Shown piece after piece: positions 27,134 to 35,751 of a DNA stretch of 64,000 nt. The notes under the pieces were generated by a model. That model worked only from the letters and a program-made list of their open reading frames with translations. It was not told the origin of the DNA and searched no databases. How positions within the stretch are numbered: the first letter of the stretch is position 1; each line of letters begins with the position of its first letter. This DNA comes from Myxococcales bacterium (lineage in GTDB: Bacteria > Myxococcota > Myxococcia > Myxococcales > Myxococcaceae). The DNA is taken from positions 8,368-72,367 of the forward strand of contig JAUYSO010000017.1 of the NCBI GenBank assembly GCA_030696265.1. Reading direction: 5' to 3'. The translations under genes and the position numbers were made by a program.

Positions 27134-29341
27134 ATGCGCCCGGTCATCGCCTTTGCAGCCTGCCTGTGGTCGGCCTCCGCGTTCGGGGCCATCTACGAGG
27201 CCGTCGTCGACGCCGACAACGAAGAAGACATCTTCGCGATGGTGCAGCGAGGCGACATCTCGCAGGACACGGGCGACACCCTGCTCGAGCTGCTTCGCGA
27301 AGGCGTCGACCTGAACTCGGCGCCGCGCGAGAGGCTCTATGACTTGCCCGGCCTCACCTACGACGACGTCGACAAGCTCATCCTCTACCGCACGCAGAAG
27401 GGCCGCATCGAAGACCCGGCCGAGCTCGTCGGCGCCGGGGTGATGACCGCCGAGCAGCTCATCGGCATCGCCGTCTACATCTCGCTCGAGCCGGTGAAAG
27501 AGAAGCTGCCAATCGGCGGCAAGCTTCGCCTGCTCACCCAATACACGCTGACCGATTCGCTCGCGCCGCCGGCGCTCTTCGCGGCCCGGCTCAGGGGCCC
27601 GCTCGACCTGACCGCCGGCGCCATGCTCGTCACCAGCCGGCTCGACCCGGTGCAGCCCCGCTTCGACCAGACGCTCCAGGGCCTCGCGACCGAAGGCTAC
27701 AGGTACCGCCTCGACGCGCCGCGCCTGTTCCTGCAGTGGCTCAACGGCAACCGCCGCGTCATCGTCGGCACCTTCACCATCGGCTTCGGCGAGCGCCTCA
27801 CGCTCGACAACACGCGCCGGGTGACCCCGCGCGGCCTCTACCTCACCGACGACTTCAGGCGAAACCAGGACCTCTCGACCCTCTGCCGCACCAGCGTCGA
27901 CACCGGCGCCACGCCGCCCCCCGAGTGTCAGGGTGACAGCCGCTACGTCACCGCCGACTACGCGACGCGCGACGCTTTCCGTGGCGTCGCCGGCAGCATC
28001 GAGAACCTCGACCTCGGCGACCAGCGCTCGCTCTCGCTCTACGGTTTCCTCTCGTACCAGTCGCGCGGCGTGTACCAGTACGATCTGTACGATCGCGCCA
28101 CCTGCCTCGACCCTTCGTCGAGCGACTCGGACTGCAGCTCGCCGCGCATCTCCATCCTGAACCCGCAGGACCCGAGCACCCCATGGCGGCTTCGCTACGC
28201 CACCCTGCCTGGCTTCTTCGACGAGCTCTCGGCCGGCGGCCACGTCGACTTCAAGCCCAACTACGCCCTTCGCTTCGGCATCACGGGGTACGGCGCGGTC
28301 CCCTTCTTCAACACCGTGCCTCCAGGCAGCGCGGTGCAGCCCGACTTCCAGGACACCTCGCGCTACCCCAACGGCGGCGCCTACGGAGCCATCGGCGTCG
28401 ACGCGCAGGCCGTGCTCGGCCCCGTCAACCTGCACCTCGAGGTGACGCGCAGCTTCGACAAGGCCATCAACAACCAGGGCGGCGGCTTCGGCGCCGTGCA
28501 GCGCACCACCTGGGCGCCCAAGGGCCACGAGCTCGAGGTCGTCTTCCGCTATTACGACAACCGGTTCCTCAACCCCTACGCACGGCCGTTCTCAGGGCCC
28601 GACGAAGACGCCGGCCAGCGGGCGCGCAACGAGCTCGGCGCGCGGGTGCGCTACTTCGGCAAGTTCAGTCGCGACTGGCAGTTTCGCGCCACCGCCGACT
28701 TCTGGACGCTGCCCTTCGCCGGCCGGGGAGGCCGCGCAGGCACCACCAACCTCATCCTCCTCACGCGCGTCGACTTCACGGGCTTCAGGGGCTTGAAGCC
28801 CAGCATCTGGTTCCGCCTGAGCGACAGAAACCTCGCCGTCAGCCAACGCGGGGTCTGCAGCCAGACCCAGGTGGTCTCGGGCATGCCCGAGTTCTTCAAC
28901 ACCCCGGACGACTTCGACGGCGAGGTCACCTTCTTCACCTGCGACTCGTACCGCGTCGTGCAGCGCATCGACGTGCGCCCCTTCGGCAAGCGCCTGGGCT
29001 TCACCGAGCAGGCCTCGTTCTCGTGGCGCGACGACCTCTCGAGCGCGTACCGCGAGAACTTTCGCAACGACCTGCAGGTCTGGGTCGAGGCGATGAGTCA
29101 GCCGGTCGACTGGCTCTCGCTGCGGCTGCGCTCACGCCTGCGCGCCGAGGGCATCGACAGCCCCACCACCTACGAAGACTCGCTGTGGACGTTCTTCGAG
29201 GCCGCGTGGATTCCGTTCAAGGGCACGCGCGTCGCGGCGCGCTACGACCTGTTCGTGTGGCTCGACCAACGGGCCTCGACCTTGCGCCGGCAGCCCTCTC
29301 CAGAGCATCGTTTCCTCCTCGACCTCCGCACCAGCTTCTGA
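27134..29341 (+). CDS. predicted outer-membrane beta-barrel protein with an N-terminal ComEA-like helix-hairpin-helix (DNA-binding) domain
   Basis: Signal peptide MRPVIAFAACLWSASAFGA. HhH: VDLNSAPRERLYDLPGLTYDDVDKLILYRTQKGRIEDPAELVGAGVMTAEQL. Then ~600 aa of alternating-polarity strands rich in G/Y/F/R. Ends ...FLLDLRTSF, a C-terminal Phe beta-signal. Confidence 0.7.
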   Translation: MRPVIAFAACLWSASAFGAIYEAVVDADNEEDIFAMVQRGDISQDTGDTLLELLREGVDLNSAPRERLYDLPGLTYDDVDKLILYRTQKGRIEDPAELVGAGVMTAEQLIGIAVYISLEPVKEKLPIGGKLRLLTQYTLTDSLAPPALFAARLRGPLDLTAGAMLVTSRLDPVQPRFDQTLQGLATEGYRYRLDAPRLFLQWLNGNRRVIVGTFTIGFGERLTLDNTRRVTPRGLYLTDDFRRNQDLSTLCRTSVDTGATPPPECQGDSRYVTADYATRDAFRGVAGSIENLDLGDQRSLSLYGFLSYQSRGVYQYDLYDRATCLDPSSSDSDCSSPRISILNPQDPSTPWRLRYATLPGFFDELSAGGHVDFKPNYALRFGITGYGAVPFFNTVPPGSAVQPDFQDTSRYPNGGAYGAIGVDAQAVLGPVNLHLEVTRSFDKAINNQGGGFGAVQRTTWAPKGHELEVVFRYYDNRFLNPYARPFSGPDEDAGQRARNELGARVRYFGKFSRDWQFRATADFWTLPFAGRGGRAGTTNLILLTRVDFTGFRGLKPSIWFRLSDRNLAVSQRGVCSQTQVVSGMPEFFNTPDDFDGEVTFFTCDSYRVVQRIDVRPFGKRLGFTEQASFSWRDDLSSAYRENFRNDLQVWVEAMSQPVDWLSLRLRSRLRAEGIDSPTTYEDSLWTFFEAAWIPFKGTRVAARYDLFVWLDQRASTLRRQPSPEHRFLLDLRTSF

Positions 29342-29347
29342 CCCACC

Positions 29348-30478
29348 ATGATCTCGCTCCCCCTTCGCCTTCTCGCCGTCACCGCGCTCCTCCTGGCGCT
29401 CTCGTGCGCTGGCGTCACCACGGAGCAGTCCAAGCGCTTCACGAAGGACGAGACCCGCTCGCTGCTCAAGCGCCTCGAGACCGTCAGCCTCGAGCTCGGC
29501 GAGTTCCCCATCGAGGGCGCCTCGTCGGTGCTCGACGGCGACACCATCAAGGTCAAGGGCCTGCCAGCGTCGCTGCGTCTGCTGGGCCTCGACACCGAAG
29601 AGACGTTCAAGAAGGACTCCGAGCGCGCGGCGTTCGCGGCGGGCTGGGAGCAATACAAGAAGCAGATGCAGGGAACGTCGTCGCGGCCGGCGAAGTACGC
29701 CACGCCACTGGGCGAAGACGCCAAGCACTACGCGCAGGCCTTCTTCGAAGACGTTCGCGAGGTGCGCATGGAGCGCGACCACCCCGGCGAGATCCGCGAC
29801 TTCTACAACCGCTACCTCGCCTACGTGTTCGCGAAGAAGAACGGCCAGTGGGTGAACTACAACGTCGAGTGTGTGCGGGCCGGCTTCTCGCCCTACTTCG
29901 TGAAGTACGGCCGCAGCCGCCGCTTCCACAAAGAGTTCGTCGACGCCGAGCGCGAGGCGCGTGAAGGCCAGCGCGGCATCTGGAAGCAGGGCGCCATGGC
30001 CTACCCCGACTACGAGGAGCGCCTGAAGTGGTGGGCCGAGCGCGAGGCCGTCATCACCCGCTTCGAGAAGGCGGCCGTCGAAGACCCGGAGCACTACATC
30101 GCGCTCACCCGCTGGGACGCGATGCTGAAGCTCGAGAGCAAGGTCGGCCAGGAGGTGACGATTCTCGGCTCGGTCAGCGACCTGAAATACAGCGAAGGCA
30201 CCGGGCCCTCGGTGGTGAAGCTCGCCCGCACCCGCACCAACGACTTCGACGTCGTCTTCTTCGACCGCGACGTCTTGTTGTCCACCGGCGTGCAGTTCAA
30301 GAAGAGTGAATACGTGCAGGTGCGCGGCACCGTGCAGAAGTACAAGAACGAGAAGGGCTGGGAGCGGCTGCAGGTGGTCGTCTCACTCCCCGGGCAGGTG
30401 CTCGCGCCGTCGACCTCGCTCGAGAAGCTGCTGACTGATGATCAGAAACGGGCCGACCGCAGTGAAGAGGATGACTAA
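29348..30478 (+). CDS. staphylococcal-nuclease (SNase/thermonuclease) fold lipoprotein
   Basis: Lipobox LLLALSCAG. SNase motifs VLDGDTIKV and LRLLGLDTEE. 7 nt after the barrel gene. Confidence 0.8.
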   Translation: MISLPLRLLAVTALLLALSCAGVTTEQSKRFTKDETRSLLKRLETVSLELGEFPIEGASSVLDGDTIKVKGLPASLRLLGLDTEETFKKDSERAAFAAGWEQYKKQMQGTSSRPAKYATPLGEDAKHYAQAFFEDVREVRMERDHPGEIRDFYNRYLAYVFAKKNGQWVNYNVECVRAGFSPYFVKYGRSRRFHKEFVDAEREAREGQRGIWKQGAMAYPDYEERLKWWAEREAVITRFEKAAVEDPEHYIALTRWDAMLKLESKVGQEVTILGSVSDLKYSEGTGPSVVKLARTRTNDFDVVFFDRDVLLSTGVQFKKSEYVQVRGTVQKYKNEKGWERLQVVVSLPGQVLAPSTSLEKLLTDDQKRADRSEEDD

Positions 30479-32786
30479 CGTGCCTTCAATTCGAGTGATG
30501 TTCCTGGTGGCGGCCGTCGCGGCCGTGTCGTGTACCCCGCCCGTCGACATGCCCACCGACGCCTGCAAGGGCCGCGTGGCCGGAGACCTCGTCATCACCG
30601 AGCTGATGCTCGACCCCGAGGGCACCGACACAGGCGCCGAGTGGATCGAGATCTTCAACACCCTCGGCACGCCGATCGACCTGCGCGGCTACACCATCAC
30701 CTACCGGCAAGGCACCTCGACGGCGAAGTCGCACACCGTTCGTGCCTCGGTGCAGGTGCCGGCCCGCGGCTACCTCGCGCTCGGTGACGTGCGCTCGGGC
30801 CCCAACCCCTCGTGGATTGGCTACAGCTACGGAGACGATCTCGGCGCGCTCAGCCAGACCTCAGGCACCGTCGCCATTCGCTGCGGCATGACGGCCATCA
30901 ACGAGTACAGCTACTCGCGCGCCGCGCGCTCGGGCCGCTCCCGCATGCTCGGCGGTGGCGTCGACCCCGATGCCTCGCGCGTCTCGAACGAGGCCAACTG
31001 GTGCGACACGCCCACCTCGACCGAGTACACGCCGCGCGGCTACGGCACGCCCGGCGGCCCCAACCCGCAGTGCGCTCCCGAGGCGATGGTCGGCACCTGC
31101 CTGCAGAACGGCATGCCCCGCCCCATCGTCGCGGCCGAGGCCGGAGACCTGCTCATCACCGAGGTCATGGCGAGCCCGAGGGCCGTCACCGACACCCTCG
31201 GCGAGTGGATCGAGCTCTACGCCACCACCGACGTCGACCTCAACGGCCTCGCCATCGCGACGAGCACCAGCCGCGCCACGCTCACCTCTCCTGAGTGCCT
31301 CACGGTGCCGGCGCAGTCGTACAACATCATCGCGCGCTCGAACGACGCCTTCGTCAACGGCGGCCTGCCGAAGGCCGTGGCGACGTTCTCGGTCAGCCTC
31401 TCGTCGGCCAATGAGCGGCTGCGGCTGGTGCGTGGTGATGCCGGCATCGACGACGCCACCTTCTTCGCCTCGCAGACCGGCGTCTCATGGCAGGTGCGAC
31501 CCGAGCTGCTCGCCAACCCCGACGAGATTCTGCCCAGCCTCAACGACACCCCTGACTCGTTCTGCAAAGCCAGCTCAGCGTGGATGGGGAGCGCGGGCGA
31601 CTTCGGAACGCCCGCCGCGGCCAACGGAGCCTGCGCTGCGGACTCTGGCGTCGTGGTGGTGCCCGACGGCGGCCTGCCGACCTTCGACTGCAACGCCATC
31701 GACGGGGGCGACCTCGTCGTCACCGAGGTGATGGTCGACCCGCCCAGCACCGACACCGGCCTCGAGTGGTTCGAGCTCTTCAACACGACGGCCGCGCCCA
31801 TCGACCTCGCGGGCCTCACGCTCACCTACCGCCAGGGCGCGACGACCCCCAGGTCCCACGTCGTGCGCAGCTCCGTCATCGTGCCGCCGGGCCAGGCGGT
31901 CGCGGTCGGCGACGTGCGCACCGGGCCGAACCCCGCGTGGATCAGCTACGCCTACGGCGCAGACCTGGGCGCGTTGAACAACTCGTCGGGCACCGTGGGC
32001 GTTCGCTGCGACACGAAGGTCGTCGGTGAATACACGTGGGTGCGCACGGCGCGCTCCGGGCGAAGCCGCATGCTCGGTGGGCCTGTGACGCCCACGACTG
32101 CGCTCGCTGCGGTCGAGGCCAACTGGTGCGACACGCCGACCAGCAGCGAGTACACGCCTGGCAGCTCTGGCACCCCTGGCGCGGCGAACCCGGTCTGCGC
32201 TCCAGAAGCCATGACGGGCACCTGCCTCGACAACGGCACCCCGCGGCCCATCGTCGCCGCAGAGCCGGGCGACCTCGTCATCACCGAGGTGATGCCAAGC
32301 CCGTCGGTCAGCACCACGGTCGGAACCTGGTTCGAGGTGTACGCCACGACCGACGTCGACCTGAATGGCCTCTCGGTCGCCAACGGCGCAGGCACGCGCA
32401 ACACCATCGCCTCGTCGAACTGCCTGCGCGTGCCGGCGACGACGTACGCGATTCTCGCGCGCAGCGCGAACGCGTTCCTCAACGGCGGGCTACCGCCCCC
32501 CATCGCCACCTTCACCATCGGCATCAGCAGCTCGGGCAACGAGCTGCTGCGGCTCTTCCGGGGTGACGCCGGCATCGACGAGATCTCGTTCTTCCGGTCG
32601 ACGAGCGGCAAGTCATGGCAGGTGCCCGGTGAGCTGCTGATCGACCCGATGCTCATCACGCCCGCCATCAACGACGTGCCGGCGAACCTGTGCATCGCGC
32701 CGAACCGTTTCGCCACCGACGCCGGGCCCGGCGACTACGGCAGCCCGACCGAGCTGAACCCCCTCTGTGACGGCGGCGCGCCCTGA
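30471..32786 (+). CDS. lipoprotein of four lamin-tail-domain (LTD)-like repeats, arranged as an internal ~330-aa tandem duplication
   Basis: ATG 30471 has GAGG 4 nt upstream. Lipobox AAVAAVSCT. LTD signatures LVITELMLDPEGTDTGAEWIEIFN...IDLRGYTI, LLITEVMASP...EWIELYATTDVDLNGL, LVVTEVMVDPPSTDTGLEWFELFN, LVITEVMPSP...WFEVYATTDVDLNGL. Confidence 0.7.
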   Translation: MTNVPSIRVMFLVAAVAAVSCTPPVDMPTDACKGRVAGDLVITELMLDPEGTDTGAEWIEIFNTLGTPIDLRGYTITYRQGTSTAKSHTVRASVQVPARGYLALGDVRSGPNPSWIGYSYGDDLGALSQTSGTVAIRCGMTAINEYSYSRAARSGRSRMLGGGVDPDASRVSNEANWCDTPTSTEYTPRGYGTPGGPNPQCAPEAMVGTCLQNGMPRPIVAAEAGDLLITEVMASPRAVTDTLGEWIELYATTDVDLNGLAIATSTSRATLTSPECLTVPAQSYNIIARSNDAFVNGGLPKAVATFSVSLSSANERLRLVRGDAGIDDATFFASQTGVSWQVRPELLANPDEILPSLNDTPDSFCKASSAWMGSAGDFGTPAAANGACAADSGVVVVPDGGLPTFDCNAIDGGDLVVTEVMVDPPSTDTGLEWFELFNTTAAPIDLAGLTLTYRQGATTPRSHVVRSSVIVPPGQAVAVGDVRTGPNPAWISYAYGADLGALNNSSGTVGVRCDTKVVGEYTWVRTARSGRSRMLGGPVTPTTALAAVEANWCDTPTSSEYTPGSSGTPGAANPVCAPEAMTGTCLDNGTPRPIVAAEPGDLVITEVMPSPSVSTTVGTWFEVYATTDVDLNGLSVANGAGTRNTIASSNCLRVPATTYAILARSANAFLNGGLPPPIATFTIGISSSGNELLRLFRGDAGIDEISFFRSTSGKSWQVPGELLIDPMLITPAINDVPANLCIAPNRFATDAGPGDYGSPTELNPLCDGGAP

Positions 32787-32815
32787 CGCGCTCGAAGCCC
32801 TGGAGCGCAGCGCTG

Positions 32816-33280
32816 GTGATGATGCCCATGGTGGCGGCCTGTGGAATGCCCACGCCACCCAGCCTCTGCGGGCCCTCGACGGCCGTCGTCAGCCGCGCCA
32901 TCGATGGCGATACGCTCGAGCTGTCTGACGGCAAGCGGGTGCGCCTGCTCCTCGTCGACACGCCCGAGTCGACCAACGGCAAGACCGACTGCTTCGGCCA
33001 GCAAGCCGCGCAGTTCACCTCGGACACGGTGACAGGCAAGACGGTGGAGCTCAGCTACGACGAGGCCGGCTGCACCGACCGGTTCGGGCGAACGTTGGCC
33101 TATGTGAAGGTCAACGGCGTCGACCTGAACCGCACGCTCGTCGAGCAGGGCTATGCGTGCACGCTGTACGTGTCTCCATCGGGCGGCGCGCGGCGCGACG
33201 AGTTCGAGACGTACGAGTCGCAGGCGAAGACGAGCCGCCTTGGCTTGTGGGGCGCGTGCACCGTCGTCACCTGCCAGTAG
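32816..33280 (+). CDS. staphylococcal-nuclease (SNase/thermonuclease) fold protein, probably a lipoprotein
   Basis: RAIDGDTLEL and VRLLLVDTPE. N-terminal MMMPMVAACG is a short Cys-containing leader. Confidence 0.75.
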   Translation: MMMPMVAACGMPTPPSLCGPSTAVVSRAIDGDTLELSDGKRVRLLLVDTPESTNGKTDCFGQQAAQFTSDTVTGKTVELSYDEAGCTDRFGRTLAYVKVNGVDLNRTLVEQGYACTLYVSPSGGARRDEFETYESQAKTSRLGLWGACTVVTCQ

Positions 33281-33343
33281 GCGCAGACCATTACACGGAG
33301 GCCGCGCGAGCTTCTCGGCTCGTAAGCAAGGGCCAGCCCAACG

Positions 33344-33910
33344 TCACCGATGCGCGCCCACGGCCTGATCCAGCGCGTCGACCTCGAGGGGGAGCGCGTG
33401 CCGCCGGAACCAGCGCACCAGGTCCATCGCCGTCACCATGCCGCGCAGCTGACCTTCGCTGGTGACGACGGGGACGCGGTCGAGGTCGTGCTCGTCCATC
33501 ACCTGGGCAATCTCTGCGACGGTGGCGCGGTCCGACACGGCCACCACCGACGTCGTCATCGCGTCCTCGACCTCCACGTCGAGTCCGGCTTCAGCGGCGT
33601 GGAGCTCGGAGGTCGAGACCAGACCCACGAGCACCAGGTTGTCGTCGACGACGGGAGCAGACGAGAGGTGGGCGGCGTCGAGCACGGAGAGCGCCTCGGC
33701 GACCGAGAGCTCTGCGTCCAACACGGTCACCAGCGGGCTGACCAGCCCACCGCACAAGCGAAGCCCACAGCGCCCGGCGGCCACACCATGGGCACATGCC
33801 TCGAGCGGGCAGCGCTCCGTGCAGCTGATGGAACGTTCTCCGTCGGGGCTGACCTTCACCAGCCGCCGCTCCCTGAGACAGACCAACTCTTCGTCGACCA
33901 TGGGCTCCAT
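33344..33910 (-). CDS. CBS-domain pair protein with a Cys-rich N-terminal segment
   Basis: Two CBS-like repeats: VTVLDAELSVAEALSVLD...VVDDNLVLVGLVS and TTSVVAVSDRATVAEIAQVMDEHDLDRVPVV. N-terminal CLRE...CTERCPLEACAH...C. Confidence 0.7.
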   Translation of the reverse strand: MEPMVDEELVCLRERRLVKVSPDGERSISCTERCPLEACAHGVAAGRCGLRLCGGLVSPLVTVLDAELSVAEALSVLDAAHLSSAPVVDDNLVLVGLVSTSELHAAEAGLDVEVEDAMTTSVVAVSDRATVAEIAQVMDEHDLDRVPVVTSEGQLRGMVTAMDLVRWFRRHALPLEVDALDQAVGAHR

Positions 33911-34071
33911 CGATGCCTCACACGACTGCGTTGTTCACTGCCCAGGGAGCGGAACGAGTGGTGGGTTGGAGTGTGACACACGGCGACAGACGAAAAGGCG
34001 AGGGCCCCCCCGAAAGGGCGTCACCTGATCCTCATTCATCCGTCAGGGCGGAGCCGCCCCACCGTTCGGCG

Positions 34072-35751
34072 CTACTCCCGGGTGACGGCGCGAAGAATGC
34101 GCTCCCGCCGCTGATCGAGCAGCCTCAGCACCACGGGCAACGTGAGCCGGTACACGGCCCAGGCGAGCACGGCCGAGAAGACGATGAGCAACGCCGTCAT
34201 CACGTTCGGCCCCTGCTTCCCGACGAGCTTCATCGCGGTCGCGAACGGCGCGGTGCCAATCGACGCCGCCGCGAGCCCCAGCATCGACGCCGCGAACGGC
34301 AGCGTGTCGCGACGCTTCAGGTTGGCGTGGAACTTCACGGGGAAATACAGCGACAGGAAGTTGCCCGCGGTGAGCAAGACCGGCACCAGCGCGATGACCG
34401 AGAGCAGCGCGCACGTAACGTCGAGCGCGCTCCCGGCCCGGAAGTACGCCACGTAGAAGACGACGACGAGCACGCCCATCACGCCGCCGACCGCGCCGTG
34501 CACCACGTTCTTCGCGCGCAGCACCTCTCCCACCGGCACCGGCGAGGAGAGGAACACCGTGAAGCCGTGGCCGTCGTAGGCGAACGCGTTCTGCGAGAAC
34601 GTCGAGGACAAGACGATGGCCCCGTACACCGTGAGGCCGCCCATCACCCAGGCGTCGGCTGAGGCCCCGAGAAGGAAGACGAACAGCGCGCGGCCAGACA
34701 GCAGCTTGAGCAGAATCGCGAGCACGAAGGGCACCGAGGCCAGCAGCCGCGCGCGTGGGTTGTTCCAGAGGTCGATGGCCTCGCGCACCACCAACGTCGA
34801 GAACGTGCTCTTCGTGTGCGCGAAGGGGTTCGACGCCCGCGCCTGGTTCGAGATGGAGCCCGCGCGCCCCGAGAAGCGGTGGAACTGCAGCAAGAGCCCC
34901 CACGCCACCACGAGCGCGACGAGGCTGAGTTCGAGCGTGGCGAGCGCGTCGGCCGCCGCGAGCTCGAGCCGCCCCGCCCAGTTCGCGCGCAACAGATGGC
35001 CGAACCACCCGGTGGGAAACCGCCCCAGCGCCAGCGCCGCGTTCTCGATGATGGTGTCGGGCACCGCCGCCGCGCCGACCTCGTTGAGGTGCAGCAGCCA
35101 CTCGGTGTCGACGGCGGGGATGAACGCCGCCACCACGAGGCTCACCACGAAGCCACCGCCAATCAGCTCGGCCGAGCGCGCCTGCCGCAGCAGGTTCAGC
35201 ATCACGTGCAGGCCGACGCGTGAGAGCGCCGCGTTCAGCAGCACGTACGAGGCGAAGCCGACCACCACCAGCGCCCACGACTCGGGCGGCCGGTTCTTCA
35301 GGTACCCCACCGTCGCGCCGACGAGCGGGCCGTAGAAGACGAAGGTGCGTGGCTCGAACAGGCTCGCCAGCGTCGACGCCAACATGAGGCGGAAGCTCGA
35401 GATGGGGAACGCCGAGTAGCGCGACAGCTCCGAGTGGTCGTCGACGCCAGCCGACAACACCGGCCACGTCACCCACGTCGCGCTCGTGACGAACAACAAG
35501 AGGCGAACCAGGAAGTCGCCCCACGCGTCGGAGCCCACCACTACCGGGTGCTGCATGAAGCGGTAGAACATCAGCGCGAGCACGACCGACGGCGAGGCCG
35601 AGAAGGCGAACGCGACGACCGAGAACCAGCGGTGTCTGCCATCGCTGCGGTTGAAGCCGATGGTGAGGCGCAGCTGCCAGAGCAGGACGAGGTGCTGGAA
35701 GAACGACGGAGGTCCGGGCCTTGAAGGCTGTACGGCCCGCTCAGCCTGCAC
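34072..35751 (-). CDS. ABC-2 type exporter permease (multi-pass membrane protein)
   Basis: Many hydrophobic helices. Immediately downstream of, and overlapping, the ABC ATPase gene. Exact start uncertain. Confidence 0.65.
   Translation of the reverse strand: MQAERAVQPSRPGPPSFFQHLVLLWQLRLTIGFNRSDGRHRWFSVVAFAFSASPSVVLALMFYRFMQHPVVVGSDAWGDFLVRLLLFVTSATWVTWPVLSAGVDDHSELSRYSAFPISSFRLMLASTLASLFEPRTFVFYGPLVGATVGYLKNRPPESWALVVVGFASYVLLNAALSRVGLHVMLNLLRQARSAELIGGGFVVSLVVAAFIPAVDTEWLLHLNEVGAAAVPDTIIENAALALGRFPTGWFGHLLRANWAGRLELAAADALATLELSLVALVVAWGLLLQFHRFSGRAGSISNQARASNPFAHTKSTFSTLVVREAIDLWNNPRARLLASVPFVLAILLKLLSGRALFVFLLGASADAWVMGGLTVYGAIVLSSTFSQNAFAYDGHGFTVFLSSPVPVGEVLRAKNVVHGAVGGVMGVLVVVFYVAYFRAGSALDVTCALLSVIALVPVLLTAGNFLSLYFPVKFHANLKRRDTLPFAASMLGLAAASIGTAPFATAMKLVGKQGPNVMTALLIVFSAVLAWAVYRLTLPVVLRLLDQRRERILRAVTRE

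Noticed and set aside
32771-32815. Search for a longer N-terminus for the second SNase gene
   Set aside because: An in-frame stop at 32768-32770 and the absence of an ATG or GTG before 32816 leave only the short MMMPMVAACG leader. Kept as called, but lipoprotein status is uncertain.
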